Positions 47,059-55,577 of a DNA stretch of 64,000 bases are shown here, piece by piece (positions within the stretch are counted from its first letter, which is position 1; the number at the start of each line of letters is the position of its first letter). Made by a program: the position numbers and the translations under genes. Location of the stretch: positions 197,807 to 261,806 of the IMG/VR virus record IMGVR_UViG_3300026097_000876. The stretch is one strand, 5' to 3'. The notes under the pieces are model-generated. The model did not search any database. It was not told the origin of the DNA and worked only from the letters and a program-made list of their open reading frames with translations.

Positions 47059-47486
47059 ACAGTTAATTCTTTTACTCTATACGGCTGGTCCAATACCCAT
47101 TCAATTATACCTACTACATATTCTAAATCCATTTTAGGAGTGTCAATGTCTGCTACTCGTTCGGTATCAAAAAAACCAAAATTTAAACATGTAGTATCGT
47201 AATAATTATCAAAAAGTTGGCTGTTTGCATCACGCAGAGCTTTCTTTTCTACGCCATATCTATATGTTTTTTTTCCTGGATGATAAATCCAGTCACTTGC
47301 TGAACTTCCTATATTAATTACTTTTTTGTTTTTTTCTATTGCTTTGTAGAGTAATTTTACTTGAGAAAATTCGTCATGCTTACAGTTAATAAACACATCG
47401 CATTCGTCTAACGATTCGCAATTGCCGTATTTTTCTTCAAGAACTTTTCCTAGACCTCGTCTTGTTCCTGTGATATAAAATTTCAT
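47034..47486 (-). CDS. Minimal short-chain dehydrogenase/reductase
   Basis: TGTRRGLG; INIGSS; YGVEK (YxxxK); only 150 aa. Confidence 0.7.
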   Translation of the reverse strand: MKFYITGTRRGLGKVLEEKYGNCESLDECDVFINCKHDEFSQVKLLYKAIEKNKKVINIGSSASDWIYHPGKKTYRYGVEKKALRDANSQLFDNYYDTTCLNFGFFDTERVADIDTPKMDLEYVVGIIEWVLDQPYRVKELTVCPKGKGT

Positions 47487-47513
47487 TAGTAAGTTCCTTG
47501 GCTATAACACTAT

Positions 47514-47521
47514 TATAAGTA
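47514..47521 (+). promoter_or_regulatory. Late-promoter variant TATAAGTA before speD
   Basis: 7/8 match to TATAAATA; SD AAAGGA and ATG at 47554. Confidence 0.45.
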
Positions 47522-47553
47522 TATATACACTTATATTAGAAAGGACATATATT

Positions 47554-47907
47554 ATGGCATGGGGCTATCATTTATTAGTGGACTGTAAGCAAGGCGACAT
47601 TCCTAGTATTACTAGCAAAGAAAATGTATCTACTTTTGTTAGGAAATTAGTAAAAGGAATTGACATGGTAGCATACGGTGATTTAATGATTGAACGCTTT
47701 GCTACACATGATCCTGATAAAGCCGGTATTAGTTTTTGTCAAATGATTGAAACGTCAAACATTACAGGACATTTCGTCGAACTTAATGGAAACTTTTATA
47801 TTGATGTTTTTAGTTGTAAACCTTATGATACTCATACAGTGCTGGATTTAATACAAGAATATTTTAATCCAGCATCTGTTAGCACAACTTTTATTAATAG
47901 AGATTAA
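47554..47907 (+). CDS. speD: Pyruvoyl-dependent S-adenosylmethionine decarboxylase proenzyme family
   Basis: GYHLLVDC; IETSNITGHF (self-cleavage serine); IDVFSC; 117 aa. Confidence 0.8.
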   Translation: MAWGYHLLVDCKQGDIPSITSKENVSTFVRKLVKGIDMVAYGDLMIERFATHDPDKAGISFCQMIETSNITGHFVELNGNFYIDVFSCKPYDTHTVLDLIQEYFNPASVSTTFINRD

Positions 47908-48899
47908 GCAACTAAGTTGACCCAAGCGCCGTTTTCGTAGCCTTGGAATTTATTGTCAGTTGTATTATAGATAACCATGCCATTGGCAGCAGTTAATGCA
48001 TCTCTTTCAGTAGTAGTTAAGCTACCAAACTGTACAAATCCTGTAAAAGAACCGTTTCCTCTAATGTCTAGTTCATTTTGAGGAAAGTATGTACCATAAG
48101 CAATACCTTCGTATGTAATTGTAGTAGTAGTTTCTTGTACCCAGTTACCTGGATTTCCAGTAGCAAAGTCGTTTTGTATAAACAAACCATATCTACCACC
48201 GACAAGTTTTAATCCTTGTCCTTTTAGACCAGTAGTTGTTCTACCAGAAAAAATAACTTCCCCATATGACTGATCTAAGTCGCCCATGTTGTCATACACA
48301 AGTTCTACTATAGCTCTATTACCATCCTCGCTGTAGAGTGTTTTACTTCCACTCATATTAGGAGCATGCAATGTACCGTTAATAGCATCTAATAAAAGAC
48401 TAGAATCATCAGCAAACACACTACCTTCAATATCACCGACAACATTTCCAAAGTGAGATCCTGTCGTATTACCGATTACGCTACCAGTAACACTACCAGT
48501 TACATCACCTATTAAGTCGCCTACAATATTACCAGAACTTATAACTGACGTAGTATTAACAGGCCCAAGTATTTGTCCATTGATTGCATCTACTAACAAT
48601 GTAGAATCGTCAGCGTAAATATTACCACGTAAGTCTAGTGCAGGATTGTCAGTAGGAGCCCAATTTGAACCATTATAAACAAGGATTTGATCTTTCTGCG
48701 GTGCTAATGCTTGCACATTGCCTAAATCTTCTAAATCTTGCGTAGATACTGAAACTGGAACACCGCCTACTGTTGCTCCATCGCCTACAAAAACTTCTTT
48801 AGAATCCGTAGTGTAAACGAGTTCACCTTCTGCAGGAGTAAATCCCGGACTGTCTTGTAATGCAGTCTTAGTTCCTCGTTTAATTCTTAACGTACCCAT
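47904..48899 (-). CDS. Fibre/decoration-like virion protein
   Basis: N-terminal IKRG...AEGELVYTTD..EVFVGDG; duplicated ADDSxLLxDAING; C-terminal LTTTERDAL...GMVIYNTT...FQGY. Confidence 0.7.
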   Translation of the reverse strand: MGTLRIKRGTKTALQDSPGFTPAEGELVYTTDSKEVFVGDGATVGGVPVSVSTQDLEDLGNVQALAPQKDQILVYNGSNWAPTDNPALDLRGNIYADDSTLLVDAINGQILGPVNTTSVISSGNIVGDLIGDVTGSVTGSVIGNTTGSHFGNVVGDIEGSVFADDSSLLLDAINGTLHAPNMSGSKTLYSEDGNRAIVELVYDNMGDLDQSYGEVIFSGRTTTGLKGQGLKLVGGRYGLFIQNDFATGNPGNWVQETTTTITYEGIAYGTYFPQNELDIRGNGSFTGFVQFGSLTTTERDALTAANGMVIYNTTDNKFQGYENGAWVNLVA

Positions 48900-48926
48900 T
48901 TAATGCTCCTAAATCGTTGTTATATG

Positions 48927-48933
48927 TATTTAT
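48927..48933 (-). promoter_or_regulatory. Late promoter motif ATAAATA
   Basis: 28 nt upstream of the ATG at 48899; SD AGGAG. Confidence 0.6.
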
Positions 48934-48949
48934 GCCATAATCAGAAATA

Positions 48950-49264
48950 TCATCTTCTTTTTTTAGTAGGATTTTTTAAAAAGGCTCTAGTTTTTTTAAT
49001 AACATCTTTTTTAACTTTCTGCGTATTCAAACGAAAATCAACATGGAGAATTTCATCTCCATACTCATCAAATAACCCAGCTACAGTTTCGTCAAGATTT
49101 GCACCTGTTTCTTTTTTGGCATTACAATCTATTTCCCATACAGTACCTTCTTTAAATTCTATTCGAATCGTACTAAGATAGTTAATGGGAATAGTGTGTA
49201 TATCAATGTCTTTAAAGACTTCGGGCCAATGTTTAATTACATCCTCAGGAAGTCTTTTATTCAC
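48950..49264 (-). CDS. Hypothetical protein
   Basis: 104 aa, overlapping the upstream gene. Confidence 0.6.
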   Translation of the reverse strand: MNKRLPEDVIKHWPEVFKDIDIHTIPINYLSTIRIEFKEGTVWEIDCNAKKETGANLDETVAGLFDEYGDEILHVDFRLNTQKVKKDVIKKTRAFLKNPTKKRR

Positions 49265-49901
49265 TTTTGACTTTCTTTTTTGTAGGGACTAATTCTTCTG
49301 CCTGCTTTCTTAACGCTTGTGCTTCTTTAAACAATCTGTCAGCTTGTGATCTATAACTTGCAGCTAAGTCGTCGTCTGAAAGAACTCCGTCTGTCGGCGC
49401 TTGTAAGTTTGCAGCTTGCGATTCTGCCACTACAGGAGAGGGTTTGCTAGGCATCTCATTAACAGATCCCGCTTCTTGAATAGTAGTACCTTCGGGAAGT
49501 TCGTTAGGATCCTTAAGTGCTAAGTCGGCTATTGTTACACCACGCTGGTCTGCAATAATTTTATTAAGTTCATCAAGACCGATACTAGTTGTTGTGTTAG
49601 GAGTCATTTCGATTTGACTCATTGGAATCTTTTGTAACTTTCCAGTTGCATGGAAACGTGCAAGCATATTAGCGCCATCACTTAATTGTGAGCGTGACAT
49701 CACTTCTACAAACTCAAATGCACTCTGTCCTGCATTGCTTTCAACAGTTCTAATTACGGTATCATGATCAGAATCTGATAAACTAGCTGTGTCAATTACA
49801 AGTGCGTTAGTTGGAGGATTTTCACCGGGGATAACTCGGTAAGCAACAATAACTTTACGTTGATTTGCTTTAAGTCTTCCTACATGTTTAATTTCGCTCA
49901 T
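49257..49901 (-). CDS. Hypothetical protein
   Basis: 214 aa, TAATG-coupled to the upstream gene. Confidence 0.65.
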   Translation of the reverse strand: MSEIKHVGRLKANQRKVIVAYRVIPGENPPTNALVIDTASLSDSDHDTVIRTVESNAGQSAFEFVEVMSRSQLSDGANMLARFHATGKLQKIPMSQIEMTPNTTTSIGLDELNKIIADQRGVTIADLALKDPNELPEGTTIQEAGSVNEMPSKPSPVVAESQAANLQAPTDGVLSDDDLAASYRSQADRLFKEAQALRKQAEELVPTKKKVKSE

Positions 49902-50143
49902 TACTTGTCTCCTTGTGCCTCGTCGGCTTGGGCCTTAGCTTCTTCTTCCGCTTTTTGTACAGTCTGCAAGAAAGTATCAAGTTTGTTAAACGTTTTACCA
50001 ACTGCTTCTAGCTCATTAGCTTTGAATGCACCCCGCTGAGATGCAACATCAATAATAGATCTTAATACACCAAGATCTTGTACAGTAAGCTCAACTGCTG
50101 TTTGAGTTGTTTCTGCTTCCTGAGTTGCTGTTTCTGTAGACAT
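49901..50143 (-). CDS. Hypothetical coiled-coil protein
   Basis: 80 aa, SD AAGGAG, late promoter upstream. Confidence 0.65.
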   Translation of the reverse strand: MSTETATQEAETTQTAVELTVQDLGVLRSIIDVASQRGAFKANELEAVGKTFNKLDTFLQTVQKAEEEAKAQADEAQGDK

Positions 50144-50176
50144 ATTAATACTCCTTCTAGTTATATATGTACTTAA

Positions 50177-50188
50177 TATTTATTTATA
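50177..50188 (-). promoter_or_regulatory. Tandem late promoter TATAAATAAATA
   Basis: Exact TATAAATA at 50181-50188 overlapping a second ATAAATA at 50177-50183. Confidence 0.65.
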
Positions 50189-50461
50189 TTTTAGGAAAGG
50201 ACATGCAAGAACGAAATAGGAAAGCTCTTTTGGATCTTCAAATCCGACTCTTACAATGTTATCTATTTTATTTTCGCTAGTAACTCCTACGCTTTTACTA
50301 AGAAAATATCTTTTTTTAAGATTAGCTTCTATCCATTTTTCTAATGCTTTTTCTATATTATATGTGTAAGCTAAGTCAATAGTTTCAAGGTGGGGAGGCT
50401 GATGAGAAAGCCTCCTTATCTTAAATAAATTTTCTGGTGTAGTAGCAGACTTAATTGACAT
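50180..50461 (-). CDS. Hypothetical protein (93 aa, MSIKSATT...)
   Basis: The ATG at 50461 overlaps the VWA gene stop; the longer ORF call 50180..50611 lies inside the VWA gene. Confidence 0.55.
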   Translation of the reverse strand: MSIKSATTPENLFKIRRLSHQPPHLETIDLAYTYNIEKALEKWIEANLKKRYFLSKSVGVTSENKIDNIVRVGFEDPKELSYFVLACPFLKYK

Positions 50462-51767
50462 GTTCGTCGTACAGTGCCGTTTGTCCAAATGGTGCCTGAA
50501 TGTTCTTGTCGTGGTGAGAGTGAATAACAAATACTGTATCACAGTAGTCCTCGTCGCCCCAGCTGTTCCAAGCATAACCATCTGTAAACATAATAAACTT
50601 CTTAGGAACAATGTTATTTTCTTTCATGTAATCCCAGTTACACATAAAGTCAGTACCACCGCCACCTACAATTTCGTAGTCTAGCAAGTCATCTCCTCCG
50701 TCTGCACTAAAGTCTTGCTCATTATATACCTTAGTGTCAAAACACCACAATTTAATATTGTAGTCTTTATACTCTTCCATAATACCTTTGATTTCGCTAA
50801 GAAAGTCCTGAGCTTGATCATTACCAATTGACCCGCTCATATCAAGAGATACAGCAATATCAATTGTCTCTGAGAAATTCATACCAGGTAGTACTGCACC
50901 AGTATGCCAACCTTTACGTGACGGACGTTGAAACGTAAAGTCGTTTCGAATAGTGCTCTGGATTTGTTGACGTAACAGTTCACGCCAGTTCATCTTAGGC
51001 TCTGTAAGCTCTTTAATCATCCTAGCAACTTCGCCTGGAATATTTCCTGCTCCGGCACTTTGCGCTGCACTAAGCATGTTCTCTTTGATCTCGTCTTTGA
51101 TCTGCTTCATTTCTTCTTCAGAGAACTTAGGCCTACGCTTGCTTACATCGTTGCCGTTACTGTCTTCGCCTTCTGCATCACCTTCACTGTCATTGTCGTC
51201 TTCGCCTTCACCGTCAAGGTGTTCATCTAGCATTTCGCCTAACTTTTCTAAGAACTCTTCGCCGTTTTTTTCAGCTTGCTCGAATAAGTCATCATACACT
51301 TCTTCCGAACTCCAGCCGTCGTATTTAAAGTCTTGGAAACAGTCTACAATCTTAGGAGTTTCGCCGATGCGATCACGTACTAGAGTATTGTTTACAATAT
51401 AGTCAGCTGCAATATTATACAGCATGGGATTACGTTCTTCACGTCGCCCTAAGTGATCAAACACCATGTGTAGAATTTCGTGTGCAACAACAAACTCGAT
51501 CTCCTTGTTTGACATTGCATTAAAGAATTGTGTGTTATAATATAAGTTACGTCCGTCTACAGCGGCTGTCGGAAGCCAGTCATCAGCCGCTAGTACACGC
51601 AATCGTGTTGCCATATTACCAAAGAATGGATGACGTAGTAGCAAGCCGACTCGTGCAATAATAATACGATCGTATACTTCTACACGCATTTTTTCTAATT
51701 CTTCTTGCGTGATATCCGGGTCGGGTGTCCAGTTTTTAAGTTTACTTGCTGTATCTTTAGCCGCCAT
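50451..51767 (-). CDS. HEXXH metallopeptidase-VWA protein (DUF2201-like)
   Basis: AHEILH; TAAVDG; acidic linker; VWA MIDAS DMSGS; GGGTDF; FTDG. Confidence 0.85.
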   Translation of the reverse strand: MAAKDTASKLKNWTPDPDITQEELEKMRVEVYDRIIIARVGLLLRHPFFGNMATRLRVLAADDWLPTAAVDGRNLYYNTQFFNAMSNKEIEFVVAHEILHMVFDHLGRREERNPMLYNIAADYIVNNTLVRDRIGETPKIVDCFQDFKYDGWSSEEVYDDLFEQAEKNGEEFLEKLGEMLDEHLDGEGEDDNDSEGDAEGEDSNGNDVSKRRPKFSEEEMKQIKDEIKENMLSAAQSAGAGNIPGEVARMIKELTEPKMNWRELLRQQIQSTIRNDFTFQRPSRKGWHTGAVLPGMNFSETIDIAVSLDMSGSIGNDQAQDFLSEIKGIMEEYKDYNIKLWCFDTKVYNEQDFSADGGDDLLDYEIVGGGGTDFMCNWDYMKENNIVPKKFIMFTDGYAWNSWGDEDYCDTVFVIHSHHDKNIQAPFGQTALYDEHVN

Positions 51768-51799
51768 ATTGCACCTTATTTGTTAATTTCTATAGTATA

Positions 51800-51828
51800 A
51801 CTATAACAGTATTTACAGAGTAAGTCAA
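51800..51828 (-). promoter_or_regulatory. sigma70-type promoter TTGACT-N17-TATAGT
   Basis: -35 at 51823-51828, -10 at 51800-51805. Confidence 0.65.
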
Positions 51829-51833
51829 GAGAT

Positions 51834-51854
51834 TAAGGGGCATTATGCCCCTTA
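51834..51854 (-). terminator. GC-rich hairpin just after the MoxR stop (possible terminator or processing site)
   Basis: TAAGGGGCAT-N-ATGCCCCTTA perfect inverted repeat; the U-tract is weak. Confidence 0.45.
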
Positions 51855-51855
51855 G

Positions 51856-52944
51856 TTATGCACTTTGTGCTGCTTGGATATACTTGCCAAACCGCTCGTG
51901 GAATTCATCAAAACATTCAATGGAGTCCGGATCAATAGGCAATGAGTATTGCGTAAGAGCAAGTTTAATGCCCATCACTACAAGCTCTGTATCAAAATTG
52001 TCCATAGCAAAACGCAAGAAGTTATTTACTTTGTTATCAAACTTCTTGTCATCTTTATCACAAGCATCTTTTAACTCGTAGCATAGCGATACTGTCAACG
52101 AGTACAATGCACTAATTTCTTTAGTCTTAATATCTTTGACTTTGCCGTTTAAAATATCTGTTGGATTAGGGAGTTTGCTAGCAACTTTTCGATGTGCCAT
52201 GAACTTAACAGCAAGTCCTTCGCCAACAGCACCGCTAACAAGATCAGTTGTAGTACTTTCGTCATCGTCGTCCTCTAACAACTCTGATACAAAAGACCAC
52301 GAACGAGGCGTTGCAAAGCTACGACTTGGACTCTTAGGATCAAAATCATACAAGTCTTTCTTACTAAACTGAAGAAAACCTACAACATCTTTGTGAATAC
52401 TGTTTTTAACAGCCCATTCAAACCAATCATCGAAACTAACTTCCATTTCCAAGTGTACAAAGCGATTAGCCAACGGAGCAGGCATACGATATGTAACACC
52501 TTTGTCAGCTTCTCTGTTACCTGCGGCAACAATAAGCACATTGTCTGGTAACTCGTATGTACCAACTTTGCGATTAAGAATAAGCTGATATGCCGCCGCC
52601 TGTACAGCAGGAGCCGCTGAGTTCATTTCGTCTAAGAACAATACAATGTTGTCGTACTTAGCAGCCATTTCTGCACTAGGCAGTTCACTTGGCGCAGCCC
52701 AAACCATAGTACTTGAGTTGCTATCAAAGTAAGGAATACCTTTAATGTCTGTAGGCTCCCATAAACTCAAACGAATATCAATTAACAAACTGTTTTCAAG
52801 ACTTTTTGTAATCTGATCAACAATTTCAGACTTACCAATACCCGGAGCACCCCAAAGAAACAGCGGACGCTTCTTTTTAAAAGCTCGGACAATACTCTTT
52901 TTTGCATTATTAGGACTTACAGTACGTAGTGCAATATTTTCCAT
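51856..52944 (-). CDS. MoxR-like AAA+ ATPase
   Basis: GAPGIGKS; LFLDEMN; AAGN; PLANRF; TPRSW. Confidence 0.85.
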   Translation of the reverse strand: MENIALRTVSPNNAKKSIVRAFKKKRPLFLWGAPGIGKSEIVDQITKSLENSLLIDIRLSLWEPTDIKGIPYFDSNSSTMVWAAPSELPSAEMAAKYDNIVLFLDEMNSAAPAVQAAAYQLILNRKVGTYELPDNVLIVAAGNREADKGVTYRMPAPLANRFVHLEMEVSFDDWFEWAVKNSIHKDVVGFLQFSKKDLYDFDPKSPSRSFATPRSWSFVSELLEDDDDESTTTDLVSGAVGEGLAVKFMAHRKVASKLPNPTDILNGKVKDIKTKEISALYSLTVSLCYELKDACDKDDKKFDNKVNNFLRFAMDNFDTELVVMGIKLALTQYSLPIDPDSIECFDEFHERFGKYIQAAQSA

Positions 52945-52994
52945 TATGTATTCCTTGTAGTTTGCTAATGAAAGTTATTTCTAACTATGAATAC

Positions 52995-53022
52995 AGTATA
53001 GCACCACAGTATAAAAAGTCAA
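52995..53022 (-). promoter_or_regulatory. sigma70-type promoter TTGACT-N16-TATACT with TGn extension
   Basis: -35 at 53017-53022, -10 at 52995-53000. Confidence 0.65.
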
Positions 53023-53039
53023 CCTCTTTGTGCGAAAAT

Positions 53040-53435
53040 TTATTCTTCTTCATCTTCTTCATGTCTTGCAATAGCTTTGTTAAGTCCATACTTGCGTAAA
53101 TCGCCACTAAACAAATGTAATTCCATTGCCTTTTTTTCATCTGTTACAAAGATACTGTGATTGGTCAAATAGTAAGGGCATGTAATAAATTTATCTAAAA
53201 AAATAATAGTCTGTGTAGTCATCTTAAAATCTTTAGGAAAAGGAACTTCGTAGGTTTGTAAGTCCAAATTATCTGTGATAAATTCAAATCCTTGATCAGT
53301 TAACCTAAGACCGCCTTCGGATTTTTCTCTAGTATTTTGCCACCATACTGGCAAGTATTGTTTTAGTGTAGAGTTACTAACAGCAATGTTTGATTGTTTA
53401 AGAAAGATCTTGGTATAGGTCTCTTTCCAGTTCAT
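53040..53435 (-). CDS. Hypothetical protein
   Basis: 131 aa, ATGA overlap. Confidence 0.6.
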   Translation of the reverse strand: MNWKETYTKIFLKQSNIAVSNSTLKQYLPVWWQNTREKSEGGLRLTDQGFEFITDNLDLQTYEVPFPKDFKMTTQTIIFLDKFITCPYYLTNHSIFVTDEKKAMELHLFSGDLRKYGLNKAIARHEEDEEE

Positions 53436-53722
53436 TCTTCTCTCACAACTTCCCCGTCAGTTAATTTGTACACAGCAAATTCATCTGACTTAAATGTTTC
53501 GTTTAATTTTTTTGCTAAGTTGTGAGCATGTCCTGGATTACTAAAACTTACTTTTTTATATTTAGGTCCGGGATAGTTTGTAAGAGCGTTAGATGTTTTT
53601 AAATTAAAAGGCTTTCCTTGATAGAATACAGCCCATATTGCATCTGCTAGTAATACTTGCTCTGATTTGTATGTTGATTTGTCGATATTTTCTAAAATAA
53701 TCGTTGGTTTTGGACGACTCAT
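53432..53722 (-). CDS. Hypothetical protein
   Basis: 96 aa, SD AAAGGA. Confidence 0.65.
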   Translation of the reverse strand: MSRPKPTIILENIDKSTYKSEQVLLADAIWAVFYQGKPFNLKTSNALTNYPGPKYKKVSFSNPGHAHNLAKKLNETFKSDEFAVYKLTDGEVVREE

Positions 53723-53760
53723 ATACGTAATTCCTTTAAGTTAACTACGTATATATTTAT
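53720..53760 (-). promoter_or_regulatory. Late promoter ATAAATA followed by an RBS/start-occluding hairpin
   Basis: ATAAATA at 53754-53760; 12-bp stem (one G-U) 53743-53754/53721-53732; 10-nt loop ending AAAGG; the 3' arm includes AT of the ATG. Confidence 0.6.
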
Positions 53761-53784
53761 CTTTTTTAGCTAAAAACTGCTAAG

Positions 53785-54030
53785 TTATTTCCACCCAGAG
53801 CCGCCGTCCATGCTAATAGTGACCACTTCTTCACTATTGGATTTGTTATCAACAATTAATTTTTCTAGACGTCCTTGCTGATTTGCCATTACTGTAGACA
53901 GTGCATACACAAGTGCTTTTGCCTGTGATAAAGGAAGTTTAACTTCTTTTTGATTGCTAGAGTCGGCTGTTTTTACAATTTGTATAAATTGTTGAATTGG
54001 AATAGTATTAATCGGTTCGTTTGTTTGCAT
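53785..54030 (-). CDS. Hypothetical protein
   Basis: 81-aa ORF. Confidence 0.6.
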   Translation of the reverse strand: MQTNEPINTIPIQQFIQIVKTADSSNQKEVKLPLSQAKALVYALSTVMANQQGRLEKLIVDNKSNSEEVVTISMDGGSGWK

Positions 54031-54484
54031 TGCTCAACTCCTGACGCATAGTAAAGTCTGTCTTGAAAGGGCCTTTATGGTCATATTTCTCAAGTGTTGC
54101 TAACTTGGGGCAAAAACTTCTTACCCAACCTTTATCAAATTTAATAATATAATATCCTGCACAGTATAAACTCTTAGATTTTTTGCTCTTTGTAAAAAGA
54201 GGCAACTTTTTTTGTACATTATACATAACATTATACGGTGTAGAAGAAGTAGCAAATCCGTGAATATTTTTTTCTCGATCGCTGTCGTCAGAAATACTAG
54301 TTTTATCCCAGTTAACATCTCCTATAAACGATCTAAAAGACTTTGTATCATTAAAATACTCAGTACCGGATGAACAATGATACATGTATCTTTTGTCTTC
54401 TTCTTTCGAGAGCGTACCGATTCGTTCTCCGTCTGATTCAATAATCCAAAATTTATTTTTTAAAATTGGCTTTGCATTAATCAT
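54008..54484 (-). CDS. Hypothetical protein
   Basis: 158 aa, TAATG-coupled to rnh. Confidence 0.6.
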   Translation of the reverse strand: MINAKPILKNKFWIIESDGERIGTLSKEEDKRYMYHCSSGTEYFNDTKSFRSFIGDVNWDKTSISDDSDREKNIHGFATSSTPYNVMYNVQKKLPLFTKSKKSKSLYCAGYYIIKFDKGWVRSFCPKLATLEKYDHKGPFKTDFTMRQELSNANKRTD

Positions 54485-55476
54485 TATATCTCCTTAGGAT
54501 ATTTTGCATTAAGTGCCTCAGCATAAGGCTGTATATTATCTGAAATTCTTTGCATGTCATGTTTAGCACAAAATTTCATTAGGCGCAATCCTACTTGTGA
54601 TACTTCCTTAGGTTTTGCACGTTCTGCAATAGTGTTATTAATTATCTCTCTAATGTCATCAGGTTGTGCTGTAAGGTCACAAAGTGTTACATTGCGTGTG
54701 TAATCATCTAACACACGATGTTCGACACCTTCGTGATCAATCCAACGCTGCAGCATCATGTTATTCCAGTTGTAACCTTTTGTGCCTTTGTCTTCAAACG
54801 CTTCGATAAGACCAACTTTATTCTTAGTACCTTTCTTGCGTACACCAGGATAAGCACTGAACACATTATCACTAGTGTCGCCACGCATACACTTTTCAAA
54901 CAACATAAACGCAGGATCAGGTGCAGGCTTAGGTTCTTTAGTTTTCTTGTCAATTACTTCTGAACCGTCATCGTTAAAGTAACCTTCGTGTGTGATAGTT
55001 ACATTACTAACACCGTTGTATTGTTTTACATTAGGTGCTACTAGCTGTGCAAAGTCGCCGTCTGTTGAAATAATAACATGATTGTCATTAGGGTGCGACT
55101 GTACCCAGCCTGCAATCAAATCATCTGCTTCTAACTGTTTGTGCTGTAGTACAGTACAATTAGTTTTTTCACTTACAAAGTCTTTAAACTCATCAAATGT
55201 CTGCCAAAAGATTTCGTCTTCTTCTTGTTCGCGTTGTGTAAGTGCATCTCGTGCTACTTGTCGATTGCGTTTGTAGGGTTCGTAATAGTCTTTACGCCAA
55301 CTACGACCTTCTAAACAAAACACAACATGAGTGCCATTAAAGTCTGTCCACGCTTTTTTAATACTGTTAAGAGTAATATGAAAAGCCATACCTACTTTAG
55401 TATCAATGTCGCCACGCACAACATGTCGAGCTCTAAAAAAAGTGTTAGCTGTGTCTATTAAGATATAAGTATTCAT
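54484..55476 (-). CDS. rnh: T4 RNase H-like 5'-3' exonuclease (FEN1 family)
   Basis: LIDTAN; EGRSWRK; LEADDLIA; ISTDGDFAQL; GDTSDNV. Confidence 0.85.
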   Translation of the reverse strand: MNTYILIDTANTFFRARHVVRGDIDTKVGMAFHITLNSIKKAWTDFNGTHVVFCLEGRSWRKDYYEPYKRNRQVARDALTQREQEEDEIFWQTFDEFKDFVSEKTNCTVLQHKQLEADDLIAGWVQSHPNDNHVIISTDGDFAQLVAPNVKQYNGVSNVTITHEGYFNDDGSEVIDKKTKEPKPAPDPAFMLFEKCMRGDTSDNVFSAYPGVRKKGTKNKVGLIEAFEDKGTKGYNWNNMMLQRWIDHEGVEHRVLDDYTRNVTLCDLTAQPDDIREIINNTIAERAKPKEVSQVGLRLMKFCAKHDMQRISDNIQPYAEALNAKYPKEI

Positions 55477-55509
55477 TCGTCCTCACTGACATAAGTCTTC
55501 ATACTTAAT

Positions 55510-55538
55510 AGTATATTGCCTATGTGTGCTTTTGTCAA
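55510..55538 (-). promoter_or_regulatory. sigma70-type promoter TTGACA-N17-TATACT
   Basis: -35 at 55533-55538, -10 at 55510-55515. Confidence 0.7.
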
Positions 55539-55577
55539 ATTTAAATAATGGAATGTAACCAAATAGTTTTTTAAATA

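Noticed and set aside
21247-47486. RiPP biosynthetic cluster
   Set aside because: Despite SPASM and nitroreductase folds, I found no precursor peptide, YcaO, RRE-like protein or peptidase/exporter; the sugar-type enzymes dominate.
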